Origin: Planctomicrobium piriforme
Lineage (GTDB): Bacteria; Planctomycetota; Planctomycetia; Planctomycetales; Planctomycetaceae
Assembly: GCA_040393865.1 (NCBI GenBank)
Contig: JBEBTF010000001.1
Coordinates: 7,729 to 71,728, forward strand
Reading direction: 5' to 3'
DNA: 64,000 nucleotides
In this document: positions 1-9,046 of the stretch, in pieces
How the letters are laid out: each line of letters begins with the position of its first letter
Position numbering within the stretch: position 1 is the first letter of the stretch
The notes under the pieces: generated by a model
The model's database searches: none
Seen by the model: the letters and a program-made list of their open reading frames with translations, nothing else
Told to the model about the DNA's origin: nothing
Program-made: the position numbers and the translations under genes

Positions 1-1
1 G

Positions 2-1684
2 AGTCTTCAGCTTTTCGAGAGCAGCCTGACTGAATCCCTGAATTCGCCGATGTGCCTGAGCAGCAAATCGTGAGAGGAAATGCTGGGCGATGGACGGAAT
101 ATCATCGGCGTGCTGGCGCAATGGAGGGACAGTGATTTCGATGACCTGTAGTCGGAAGAACAGGTCGCGACGGAATCGCTTCTCCCGGACAGCCTCTTCC
201 AAATCCCGATTGGTTGCAGTCACAACTCGCACGTCAACGGAGATTGGGTCACCTCCGCCGACACGTTCGAATGCCTGCCCTTCCAGCACTCGCAAAAACT
301 TTGCCTGAATCTCGGGACTCATTTCCCCGATTTCGTCGAGGAAGAGTGTGCCTCCGTTGGCCTGTTCAAACTTCCCTGCGCGACGTGAAGCCGCTCCGGT
401 GAAGGCACCTTTTTCATGCCCGAACAGCTCGCTCTCCAGCAGACTTTCTGTCAATGCGGCACAGTTCACGCAGATGAATGGCCCATCTTTTCGTTTGCTG
501 TTGAAGTGAACAGCACGCGCGACAAGCTCCTTGCCAACGCCACTTTCCCCGCGAATCAGCACCAGCGCATCGGTCGGGGAAACGCGGGCGATCGAGCGTC
601 GCAATTTCTCAAGGCTCGGGCTTTGGCCAACAAGTTCGGTTTCAACTCCGAGTTGTCCTTGCAGGTCATTGACCTGACGTAATGCACGATCTAACCCAAC
701 TTCAAGGTTGGTTCGTTCACGCAAATTGTACAACTGATCGCCGAGTTGGTCCGCAACAGCAAGCGTGAACTCAAGGTCGTCCTGAGTCATGTTCTTGCTG
801 TCTTGACGAAGCGAGTACAAATGCACAACTCCAATCACCGTTCCGTTGTGGCGGATTGGTGAACACATTGCACTGTGTGCCTGGAGTTCATGCAGGCTAT
901 TTTGATTCGACAGGGAAGCGTGACTGGAAATGTCGTACGCCAGAACTGCGTTTCGTTCGACAAGCACATTCTTTGTGAGGAACGATGAGAAGTCGGTTGT
1001 CGGGCGATTTCCGATGGTTGCAATCGGAATCAATTCGTCCTGAGTCCAGTGTTCACGGTCACCCGGCGCAAGAAGGATGCCTCCCAATTCTGCATTGGAA
1101 TGAGTAACCAGGGCTTCGAGAACCGTCTGGCAGAGTTCCTGTTCCGAGGCGCATGCTGACATCAGTCTGGCAATGCGAAACAGTGCAGTCGCGTGATCCG
1201 GTTTCCCTTTGCTGTGTTGCAGGCCGGAAGATTTGTCGTATTGAGTACCAGACTTGCGCTCGATGATCTCATAAGTCACTTCCGCGCGGTCGTCCGCAAT
1301 GACAGTGGCGTTATGAATCGAAGGAGCTGAAGCCGCAGGCGGAGCTGGAGTGGGCGAACTGGAAAGCAACAGAGTGCATGCTCCGATGCCAATTATGCTT
1401 CCGATGGACAGGGGACGATCCTCTGTGATCGGGACTCCATCCAATGTCACGCCATTGCGACTGTTCAAATCACGGAGCTGCCAGACTCCGTTGCGCAGAT
1501 AGAGTTCGCAGTGCTCACGACTGCACTTTGCGTCAGGGATCACAACACGGTTGGAACTGGAACGTCCGATCGTGACTGACCCGTGATTGGGAAGTTCAAT
1601 AACTTCAAGTAGAGCTGCTCCACGCTGGATAATGAGGAATGCAGGACGTGCTACTTGAGATGTGGTGTCTTGGTTCGATTCCAT
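2..1684 (-). CDS. sigma54-dependent transcriptional activator (bEBP) with N-terminal FHA and central GAF domains; 3' end runs off the window
   Basis: Missing from the ORF track because there is no stop in the window. Manual translation from the ATG at 1684 gives MESNQD...[23 protein letters not shown]...DLNSRNGV (FHA signature), Walker [16 protein letters not shown] and [15 protein letters not shown]. The FHA start and the GAFTGA motif were checked to be in the same frame. GAF is inferred from the intervening segment. Confidence 0.92.
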   Translation of the reverse strand, partial: MESNQDTTSQVARPAFLIIQRGAALLEVIELPNHGSVTIGRSSSNRVVIPDAKCSREHCELYLRNGVWQLRDLNSRNGVTLDGVPITEDRPLSIGSIIGIGACTLLLSSSPTPAPPAASAPSIHNATVIADDRAEVTYEIIERKSGTQYDKSSGLQHSKGKPDHATALFRIARLMSACASEQELCQTVLEALVTHSNAELGGILLAPGDREHWTQDELIPIATIGNRPTTDFSSFLTKNVLVERNAVLAYDISSHASLSNQNSLHELQAHSAMCSPIRHNGTVIGVVHLYSLRQDSKNMTQDDLEFTLAVADQLGDQLYNLRERTNLEVGLDRALRQVNDLQGQLGVETELVGQSPSLEKLRRSIARVSPTDALVLIRGESGVGKELVARAVHFNSKRKDGPFICVNCAALTESLLESELFGHEKGAFTGAASRRAGKFEQANGGTLFLDEIGEMSPEIQAKFLRVLEGQAFERVGGGDPISVDVRVVTATNRDLEEAVREKRFRRDLFFRLQVIEITVPPLRQHADDIPSIAQHFLSRFAAQAHRRIQGFSQAALEKLKT

Positions 1685-1915
1685 TTTGGCGAAGTCAATT
1701 CAGTTACAGCTGCAGCAGGAAATTCGAAGTGTGCCTTGGGAATCGAGTCAGGTGGCCGCTTGTGACCATCCTGATTGAATCGCAATCTGTTTGCATTCGT
1801 CAGGGTTTAGGGCAAATTGAAATTCACAGTCTGACGCCGAAAACACAGCAGATTGAGTGCCACTGCGTCTAAAAATGGCCTTTTGGTTAAGAATTTGATC
1901 CACAATTAAACGGGC

Positions 1916-1973
1916 TGTATTGAAATGAATCGCCTGTGTGATTGCTGTGTATTGAAATGCTTGTGTCGAAATG
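1916..1973 (+). promoter_or_regulatory. three direct repeats TGTRTYGAAATG, putative upstream activator sites of a sigma54 promoter
   Basis: TGTATTGAAATG at 1916-1927 and 1948-1959, TGTGTCGAAATG at 1962-1973. They lie ~135-195 bp upstream of the predicted start of the promoter at 2083. Confidence 0.5.
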
Positions 1974-2082
1974 GGACTGATTGCCGGGGTTTTTCGTGAT
2001 TCAGAGGTTTGACACTTTGGGCGGCCGCAATTTTTCCTGTGCGATCGGTGTCTATTTAAAATGTTGACTTTGTCTGTTGATT

Positions 2083-2098
2083 TGGCCTCAGATTTGCA
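2083..2098 (+). promoter_or_regulatory. sigma54 (-24/-12) promoter
   Basis: TGGCCTCAGATTTGCA has exact GG-N10-GC spacing and TTGCA at -12. An IHF-like site (1 mismatch to WATCAANNNNTTR, minus strand) lies at 2057-2069. Confidence 0.7.
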
Positions 2099-2108
2099 GA
2101 TAATATCT

Positions 2109-2240
2109 AACATTGTTCCCTTCGATCGTCGTGTCATTGAATTTCGGGAAATTCTTTTATTTTCACTGCCGGCTGAATTTGTAACCCCCGAGAGACACGT
2201 CGTGCCCGTCAGGTGCTTCACTTGACGGGCTGTTTTTTTG
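2109..2240 (+). ncRNA. candidate sigma54-dependent small RNA (~130 nt)
   Basis: Bounded by the -24/-12 promoter and an intrinsic terminator. Has a 5' hairpin, an AU-rich linker and a C-rich stretch; no SD-led ORF. Confidence 0.5.
2204..2240 (+). terminator. intrinsic terminator
   Basis: Stem GCCCGTCAG / TTGACGGGC followed by TGTTTTTTT. Confidence 0.75.
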
Positions 2241-2685
2241 TGAACTTTTGATGCACCTGATCGTAGGGGGGGCAAACCGACTTACTCCAAAATTTTGCTG
2301 ATCAGGAGTCTGACGTAGTGAGCCGATGAGGTCGGACGCGTGGTAGGAGAATGTCCGCCAAATCCCGCTGCGGCTCAGTTGTTGTTTCGTCGTTCGATTC
2401 GTATGAGTACGGATCAACAGGGTGGTAGATTCACGTGCGATCTGTTTCGGTGGTTCTCTTGCCGATTTGGTTTCGCCGCATTTCTTTTGACGCGGCGTGT
2501 TGAACCGCAACAGTGTGGAGAAGTGGGGATGTGCAGTTTTAATGCACCTTGTTCCCTTTCGTTCTTTACCAGCAGGCACGGTGTTGGCGTTTCATGACAA
2601 ATTCAAAGAAAACAGAATAAACATTCGTTGATGTGGATGGAAATAAATTTCGAAGGAAATGCCAGAGTCTGTCCGGTTCAGTTGC

Positions 2686-2714
2686 TTGACCCCACTCCGA
2701 ATCAAAGTTACATT
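2686..2714 (+). promoter_or_regulatory. sigma70-type promoter of the tRNA pair
   Basis: TTGACC-N17-TACATT, ~90 nt upstream of tRNA-Val. Confidence 0.6.
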
Positions 2715-2806
2715 TCTGCACGCAATCTACCCTCTGTTGAACACGGTGGGTATGGTGAGGTTTACGATCAATTTGATTTAGTTTACTCGCCGAAGTTGCG
2801 ACAAAT

Positions 2807-2880
2807 GCGCCCGTAGCTCAGTTGGTTAGAGTGCATGCTTGACATGCATGAGGTCACTGGTTCGAGTCCAGTCGGGCGCA
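2807..2880 (+). tRNA. tRNA-Val (anticodon GAC); CCA not encoded
   Basis: Acceptor GCGCCCG/CGGGCGC, D arm AGCTCAGTTGGTTAGAG, anticodon arm CATGC-TTGACAT-GCATG, T loop TTCGAGT. Confidence 0.96.
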
Positions 2881-2893
2881 CTTGCATAAACTT

Positions 2894-2938
2894 GGCCGGT
2901 GCGGAGTGTCTTACGAGATTCCGCACCGGTCTTTTCTT
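2894..2938 (+). terminator. terminator-like hairpin between the two tRNAs
   Basis: GGCCGGTGCGGAG / TTCCGCACCGGTC followed by TTTTCTT. Confidence 0.6.
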
Positions 2939-3011
2939 GCCACCGTAGCTCAGTTGGCAGAGCGACGCTTTCGTAAAGCGTAGGTCGTCAGTTCGAATCT
3001 GATCGGTGGCT
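2939..3011 (+). tRNA. tRNA-Thr (anticodon CGT); CCA not encoded
   Basis: Acceptor GCCACCG/CGGTGGC, anticodon arm ACGCT-TTCGTAA-AGCGT, T loop TTCGAAT. Confidence 0.96.
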
Positions 3012-3397
3012 CTCCTTCTGTTTGCTCTTGCTAGGGCATTTCAATAATCGTGCATTGTCTCTGGCGCGCGAGATCACTTTTCTCTTGAGAAGGCCGCTGC
3101 GCAGCCACTTGATACGAACCGATACGGTTTGGCTGTTTGCACATGTTGCTTGTGTGTGCATCTCTGCTACAGATTCTGCCGTGCTGTCTGCTTCTGGTTG
3201 GTCACATTCTTCGTGACACATGCTCAATCTCAAACACGCTCGAACAGGGTGTGACTCCCGCTGTATGATTTTGCATCGCGATCATTTTGCAGTCATCACT
3301 CTGGAACGTGAGACAGACTGATCTGTTTTCAGTTCTTCTCCTGCTGCCCGATTTCGCGGTGTTTCAAATGTGTCCTCAGCCATGAACAGATTGACAA

Positions 3398-4828
3398 ATG
3401 GACAACGAAAACGCTTCAGGTGATTCACTTGTCAACGACCTGCTTTCCATCTGGAAGGCAGGGGTCTCGGCTGTCGATTCGCGTCGCCTGGTTTCCAGCA
3501 ATATTGCAATTATGGGAAACACATTCCGAGTTGGAGATTCGGAGTGGGTGAAGAAAGAGGGAGCACGAATCTGCATCGTCGGGGCGGGGAAGGCCGGCGC
3601 CGGAATGGCGGCTGGTGTTGAAGATATGCTTCCACCTGATTGGTTGGAACTGACAACTGGTTGGGTGAACGTTCCTGATGATTGTGTGATTCCGTTGAAG
3701 ACGATTCATCTTCATGGGGCGCGTCCGGCAGGTGTCAATGAACCCACCGAACGAGGAGTTTTCGGGACTCGTGAAATCCTTCAACGAGTCGCAAATTTAA
3801 ATTCTGACGATCTCTGTCTGGTTTTGATTTCCGGAGGAGGAAGCGCGCTTTTGCCTGCTCCGTGCCTTGGCATCAGTCTCGAAGACAAACTGTCTGTCAC
3901 CAGATCGTTGATGCGTGGGGGAGCGACGATCTCGGAATTGAACTGTGTGCGTCGTGCGATTTCAGAAGTGAAAGGCGGAGGCTTACTGCGAGCGTGTCGC
4001 GCTGGAACGATGATTGTTCTGCTGATCTCCGATGTTATTGGTGATCCACTCGAAACCATTGCCTCAGGGCCAACTGTGAATATGACACCATCGGCAGCGG
4101 AGGCGTTGGTGGTCCTCGAACAATTTCAGGCGCGTTCAGGTGTTTCTGTTCCGCGATCCGTTCTGGAGTATCTGAAACAGCGACGAGATGCTGATTTGCT
4201 GCGAACGCCTCGGCAACATGAGAGGGTCTGTCGCTGTTCGCACCATGTCGTCGGAAATAATCGCACGGCAGTGGAGGCGGCTGCGCAAAGGGCGACAGAT
4301 TTGGGATATGACGTGGTCGACATCAAATGGGACCTTCCCGGCGATGCTGCCCAGACCGGAAGAGATTTCGCCGAACAACTGGTTGCGTTGGGAACTCAGG
4401 AGTCAGCTCCCTCTCTCGATTCGCCATCAGCGGGGCATGAGGTCGCCGCACAAAAGCTGTGTGTCATCGCCGGGGGAGAAACAACAGTCACTCTTGCAAA
4501 GACGCCACTTCCTCAGAAGGGAGGGCGAAATCAGGAATTGATTCTCTCGGCTCTGGTTGAACTCGCGTCGCGGAAAGACTTGCCGAAATTAGCGATGGTT
4601 TCTGGTGGAACAGATGGCGAAGACGGCCCGACAGATGCTGCCGGCGCCTGGCTGGATCGCTCACTGATTGAGACGACGCAGAATGGGGAGATTGATCCTG
4701 TGCCTTATTTGCAGATCAACAACTCCTATCCCTTCTTTGAATCGGAAGGAACGCTGTTGAAAACAGGGCCAACACACACCAATGTGATGGATCTTCGGGT
4801 GGGACTCATTGAGAAAAGCAGCTCGTAA
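3398..4828 (+). CDS. glycerate 2-kinase / hydroxypyruvate reductase (DUF4147 + MOFRL family)
   Basis: Motifs VGAGKAG, LISGGGSAL, SDVIGD..IASGPT, GGETTV, GGRNQE, GTDGEDGP, TGPTHTNVMD. Confidence 0.92.
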   Translation: MDNENASGDSLVNDLLSIWKAGVSAVDSRRLVSSNIAIMGNTFRVGDSEWVKKEGARICIVGAGKAGAGMAAGVEDMLPPDWLELTTGWVNVPDDCVIPLKTIHLHGARPAGVNEPTERGVFGTREILQRVANLNSDDLCLVLISGGGSALLPAPCLGISLEDKLSVTRSLMRGGATISELNCVRRAISEVKGGGLLRACRAGTMIVLLISDVIGDPLETIASGPTVNMTPSAAEALVVLEQFQARSGVSVPRSVLEYLKQRRDADLLRTPRQHERVCRCSHHVVGNNRTAVEAAAQRATDLGYDVVDIKWDLPGDAAQTGRDFAEQLVALGTQESAPSLDSPSAGHEVAAQKLCVIAGGETTVTLAKTPLPQKGGRNQELILSALVELASRKDLPKLAMVSGGTDGEDGPTDAAGAWLDRSLIETTQNGEIDPVPYLQINNSYPFFESEGTLLKTGPTHTNVMDLRVGLIEKSSS

Positions 4829-4894
4829 TGATGCTGGCTGCGATGGTCACCTTTTATTGCAGTGAGAGAAGCAGTGAGAGAACAAGTCGATCAA

Positions 4895-4951
4895 TAAAGA
4901 AACCCGCCGACCGACTCCAATTTGGAGTCATTGTCGGCGGGCGATTTTTTA
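4895..4951. terminator. bidirectional terminator between convergent genes
   Basis: Long stem CCCGCCGAC..GACTCCAA / TTGGAGTC..GTCGGCGGG with A-rich and T-rich flanks. Confidence 0.65.
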
Positions 4952-5065
4952 GATCGAATTTTCGTTCGAGCCCTTAATGAAAAGTGCTCTGTACCTGACA
5001 CCCGGCATTCAGCTTTTGTCGTATCGAGAAGGCTGCTGTGCGAACACAGGAGAGACCGAATCGGC

Positions 5066-6196
5066 CTAGCGTTCTGATCGCACACCGATGAGCAGGAAGT
5101 TGCCGCGGCGGTTGACGGTGAACCGATTTGCTTTTACGACCATTCCGAGTGCGAGTGCCGGTTCGATGTCAGTCAGCTCGCCTGAGAAATGGCCTGTGAT
5201 TGAGGAATCAACAACAATCTGAGATCCACTCTGCTCGCCGATCATTCGCAGGACTTCATGCAATGGAGCATTGTTGAATCGGAAGGTGAATTTCCCAGGC
5301 AGTCCACTCTGAACCACTTCGGATGTCAGCTGCGGTTTCGTTGTGACCGCAACCGATGGTTCGACCGTCATCTGAGATTGACCTCGACGAAACGGTGTCG
5401 GTTCAAACGGATTTGGTTCAATTGCTGATCGTGCCTGGACGCTTGCCCATTTCGGTTCCGCGACAGGCAAGTTTGGTGTCGCCTGAAGCATTGGATCTGG
5501 AACCATAATCTGGATTGGAGCGTCTACTCGCTTTTCAGTCACCGGCAAAGTCCATGGCTCAGGAAGTGCTACTGGTGCAGACTGAGTGGAAGCAATTGGT
5601 CCTGTCAGCAGTGGTGTGTCAACCTGTGGTGCAGGGAAAGGCAACACTGTGGTCGGGGCTTCCGGGACAACTGCTGGTTGAGCAGGTTGTGACTCTGCCA
5701 TCTGCGGCTGCGATGGAGCTGTCAGGCCAAGTGGAGCCGTTGTATTTGCCAGCGCAACTTTGACAGGGACCGGTGCATTCTGTGCAGCAGGTGCTGGGAC
5801 AGAGGCAACAGGCTCCGAGACGGTCGGCGCAGCAGGTGCGGCGACGACAGGCTCTGGAGTCGGCTTTGGCTCAGGTGCAGGTTCCTGTGTCATCACAGGA
5901 GCCGCCGCAATCATCTGCTCAGGTTGTGAAGCAGATTTTTGAGGAGCAGGTGCCGGAGTTGGTTCGGACTCTGCAACCTGAGGGGCGACTTCCTCTTCGT
6001 ATTCTTCTTCCTCTTCTTCGAGTTCCAGTTCGGCTCGAGCAAGGAGGTTTCGTTCGAAAGGAAGCAACGGTGGTGCGGTGCGTTGTGCGCGGAGGGCAGC
6101 TCGAATCTTGTTTGGATTCGGGAAGACAAGGACCGCGGTCATCAGACACGCGAGACTCATTGCCCAGAACGCAGCTCGGAAGGGAGTTGTCGACAT
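5066..6196 (-). CDS. membrane-anchored Pro/Ala-rich protein with C-terminal STN (secretin/TonB N-terminal)-like domain
   Basis: N-terminal hydrophobic helix, poly-Glu run, long P/A linker, C-terminal FTFRFNNAPLHEVLRMIGEQSGSQIVVDSSITGHFSGEL. Confidence 0.75.
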   Translation of the reverse strand: MSTTPFRAAFWAMSLACLMTAVLVFPNPNKIRAALRAQRTAPPLLPFERNLLARAELELEEEEEEYEEEVAPQVAESEPTPAPAPQKSASQPEQMIAAAPVMTQEPAPEPKPTPEPVVAAPAAPTVSEPVASVPAPAAQNAPVPVKVALANTTAPLGLTAPSQPQMAESQPAQPAVVPEAPTTVLPFPAPQVDTPLLTGPIASTQSAPVALPEPWTLPVTEKRVDAPIQIMVPDPMLQATPNLPVAEPKWASVQARSAIEPNPFEPTPFRRGQSQMTVEPSVAVTTKPQLTSEVVQSGLPGKFTFRFNNAPLHEVLRMIGEQSGSQIVVDSSITGHFSGELTDIEPALALGMVVKANRFTVNRRGNFLLIGVRSER

Positions 6197-6520
6197 GACG
6201 GTGCCAGGTGCGATCCTGCTCTCCTTCCTGTTAGAGCAATGTCTAAATAGATCACGCCAGTGTTCTCACGCAGAAACTGGACGGAATTTAGGACATCTCT
6301 GCGAGGCAGAATTGTCTATTGAAACTTGTGACGTCGTTGACACTGAATTCAAACAATCTGGTTACAGGCGGTGTTCAAGTCGCTTGCGAATGTTTGTGCC
6401 AGTGTCAGGCTGTGTCAGTGTTTATCGACGGCAGGAAGGCGGATCTTCCGCTAATTCAGCAATTTCCACGGTGCGCCAGCGGTTTCGTTCGCGGAGAAAA
6501 TTGGCGTCTTTGTGTAACTG

Positions 6521-6588
6521 AAAAAACAAGAAGACGCGGCAAGGTCCCCTCAAAGCTCCCAGCTTCTCCTTGCCGCGTCTCTTGTTTT
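6521..6588 (-). terminator. long-stem intrinsic terminator
   Basis: AAACAAGAAGACGCGGCAAGG / CCTTGCCGCGTCTCTTGTTT, with a T6 tract on the minus strand. Confidence 0.65.
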
Positions 6589-7121
6589 ATTTCGAAGAAA
6601 TCTCTTACTCGAAGTGAGAAATATCACGGGCCCGACTTCGGAGATCTTCCAAAAACTACGTCGCCGATCTGGAGAGTCAAGTAGAAAAAAGAAGCTGCGT
6701 AGAAATGGTGAATTCGGTAAACAAGGGTTCGTTTTAAAGAGCGGCTTTCGGAATAGAGTCCGATTGAGTATCCGGCTTGTTCGCGGAGCCCGCTGTTTTC
6801 AGAGAACAGCTTCCTCTGAAAAACTGCTTGTTGAATCTCTTTGCGTGAAGGATTCTCGTTTAAAACGGTGCACGCCTGAGGCAGTTAATGTGAAAAACTC
6901 CGCTTCATTTGAAACGGAGTTTTTGAAAACCGACGACCTGAAAGAGAATTGCAAACGCCAACTGACAGGCCTGCCAACTTTTGCAAGCAGGCCAGTGAAC
7001 TCGAAGAGGTGTTTGTGCTTCCTTCAGTGCAATGCATTGTCCCGGATGGAGTTGCGTTGCTTCTACCGGATTTGATCGGTCGAGACGTTTGCCCTGCGGT
7101 CAGCTGTGAGACCGAATCGGC

Positions 7122-7424
7122 TTAGAAGACGTCAAGTGTATAATGGTGTCCCCAGTGGTATGGCTTCTTTTCTGGATAGAAGTTGTACCAGTCCTTGTTG
7201 TACACCGGGATCTGTCGCTGTTGCGGATACCGGTAGTACAAGTGGTCGTAGCTCTGGTTCTGTGCCTGAAAGTTGTGTGGATAATACACATACGGGTAGT
7301 AGTAGAACCGCTGCCAGTTGGTTGGCTGGCCTGGCGGTGCCGCCTCGACATTGGAGGTTCCGACAACGGAAAGAGCCATGATGGCAGCCGCAAACAGACC
7401 GGCGGTCACGGTACGCCTGATCAT
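7122..7424 (-). CDS. small secreted Tyr/aromatic-rich protein of unknown function
   Basis: AGGAG SD 8 nt before the ATG at 7424; signal peptide ending VEA; mature part WQRFYYYPYVYYPHNF...GHHYTLDVF. Confidence 0.8.
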   Translation of the reverse strand: MIRRTVTAGLFAAAIMALSVVGTSNVEAAPPGQPTNWQRFYYYPYVYYPHNFQAQNQSYDHLYYRYPQQRQIPVYNKDWYNFYPEKKPYHWGHHYTLDVF

Positions 7425-7548
7425 AGATAGCACTCCTTTGCCTCAACGTATGCAATTGTCACGAAATCTCATCGTGATGTGGACATAGACACTGTTAGGG
7501 AAGATCGGCTAAAAGCGTCTTGCACAACAGGTAATTTCGGGAGATTCG

Positions 7549-8832
7549 ATGCAACCGTTACGATTCCAGTCCCGCCATGAACTGGCTTCCCTCATGAACC
7601 TCTGTCGATCTGTTTGTTTCCTGACGATGTCTCTTTTTTCGCTGATCCGTCAGGGAGAGGGGTTCCGCTGCGCCGCGGTGCCTGCGTTCCTGGTTTTGAT
7701 TCACTTGCTGCTTGCTGAGTCGAGTTTTGCTCAGGGAGTGATCGTTCAGGAGATTTCGGCAGACGATATTCGTCCGCACATCATGTTCCTTGCCGCGGAT
7801 GAGCAGCTCGGGCGTCGTAATGCCGGCAAGCAACGGGCGAGAGACTATATTGTCTCTCAGTTTGCCGAGGTGGGATTGAGTCCCCTGTTTGATGGCGATT
7901 GGCGGCAATCGGTCCCGATTCGAGTCTCCACAGGTCGGGGAGAAGAAGGACAAGAAGGCCAGAATCTGGGCGGTTTCATTGAGGGAACCGATCCGGTACT
8001 GAAGGACGAATGGATCGTGATCAACGCGCATTACGATCATTTGGGCGTTCAATGGGGCCGGATTTATCCCGGAGCTGATGACAACGCGTCAGGCGTTTCA
8101 ATGCTGATTGAGGTCGCCAGAAAGTTGAAACAGGCCCCGTTGAAACGGAGTGTTGCTTTCGTGGCTTTTGACTTTGAAGAATCGCTCTTATGGGGATCGC
8201 GATGGTTCGTCGGCCATACGCCAATGCCGTTGGATCAGATCAAGCTCAGCATCACTGCAGATATGATTGGTCGTTCACTGGGAGGGCTGGGGATTCCAAC
8301 GGTCTTCCTTCTCGGAGCCGAACATTCCGAGATCGTCAGAGATGCAATCTCTGGTGTCCGCGTTCCAACGGGATTGGAAATTGCTCAACTGGGAACGGAC
8401 ATGATTGGAACCCGAAGTGATTACGGGCCATTTCGTGACCAGCAGATTCCTTTCCTGTTTTTCTCGACCGGAGAGCATCCAGACTATCACACGCCATATG
8501 ACAAGCCGGAACGAATCGAGTACGACAAGGCAGCCAGAATTTGTACGGTGATTCAACGACTGGTTTCTGAAATCGGCAATGGGGAAAACTCACCGGTCTG
8601 GGAGCGTGCAGTCTATCAGAAACTTGAAGAGGCAATCGCCGTTCATCGCGTAACAGAACACCTCGTCGAAGCGGATCGAGTCGGGGACGTGGAGCTTTCT
8701 GGGATGCAACGGTTCTTTGTGACTCAGGTGAAAAACAAGACTGGCTATATGATCCGTGCAGGCCGAGTGTCAGACGAAGAGCGAAAATGGGTCTCTCGCA
8801 TGGCACTGATGCTCATTGCGACGGTGTTCTGA
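7549..8832 (+). CDS. M28 family metallopeptidase (secreted; start codon uncertain)
   Basis: Metal-ligand motifs NAHYDHLG, GADDNASG, FDFEE, ADMIG, HPDYHTP. Confidence 0.9.
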   Translation: MQPLRFQSRHELASLMNLCRSVCFLTMSLFSLIRQGEGFRCAAVPAFLVLIHLLLAESSFAQGVIVQEISADDIRPHIMFLAADEQLGRRNAGKQRARDYIVSQFAEVGLSPLFDGDWRQSVPIRVSTGRGEEGQEGQNLGGFIEGTDPVLKDEWIVINAHYDHLGVQWGRIYPGADDNASGVSMLIEVARKLKQAPLKRSVAFVAFDFEESLLWGSRWFVGHTPMPLDQIKLSITADMIGRSLGGLGIPTVFLLGAEHSEIVRDAISGVRVPTGLEIAQLGTDMIGTRSDYGPFRDQQIPFLFFSTGEHPDYHTPYDKPERIEYDKAARICTVIQRLVSEIGNGENSPVWERAVYQKLEEAIAVHRVTEHLVEADRVGDVELSGMQRFFVTQVKNKTGYMIRAGRVSDEERKWVSRMALMLIATVF

Positions 8833-9046
8833 TTTCGGCTATCAGAAGTCGAGACCGGTTCAGTTGCTCCTGATGTTGACGATGCCACTAAATGAGATGC
8901 TGTTTAGCTGGCTTTTTGTTAATAGTTTGAACTGAAATTTCTTAAGATTGATGGTGAAGCGACGCTTTGGTGTTTCGAGTCCGTCAGACTTCTGATAGCC
9001 AAGTTGTCAGGCATTTTCCTGCATTTTTCGCAGAGCGATGTCAGTG

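Noticed and set aside
2265-2345. GGCAAACC...GGACGC, resembling a c-di-GMP-I riboswitch
   Set aside because: It lacks the GAAA tetraloop, the following AAAG and the second stem, and there is no downstream CDS to regulate
2807-3400. tRNA genes as an integration site for a genomic island
   Set aside because: No integrase and no duplicated tRNA 3' end noticed; the flanking genes are housekeeping
6384-6401. Minus-strand TGGCACAAACATTCGC as a sigma54 promoter for the STN gene
   Set aside because: Spacing is GG-N11-GC; sigma54 requires N10
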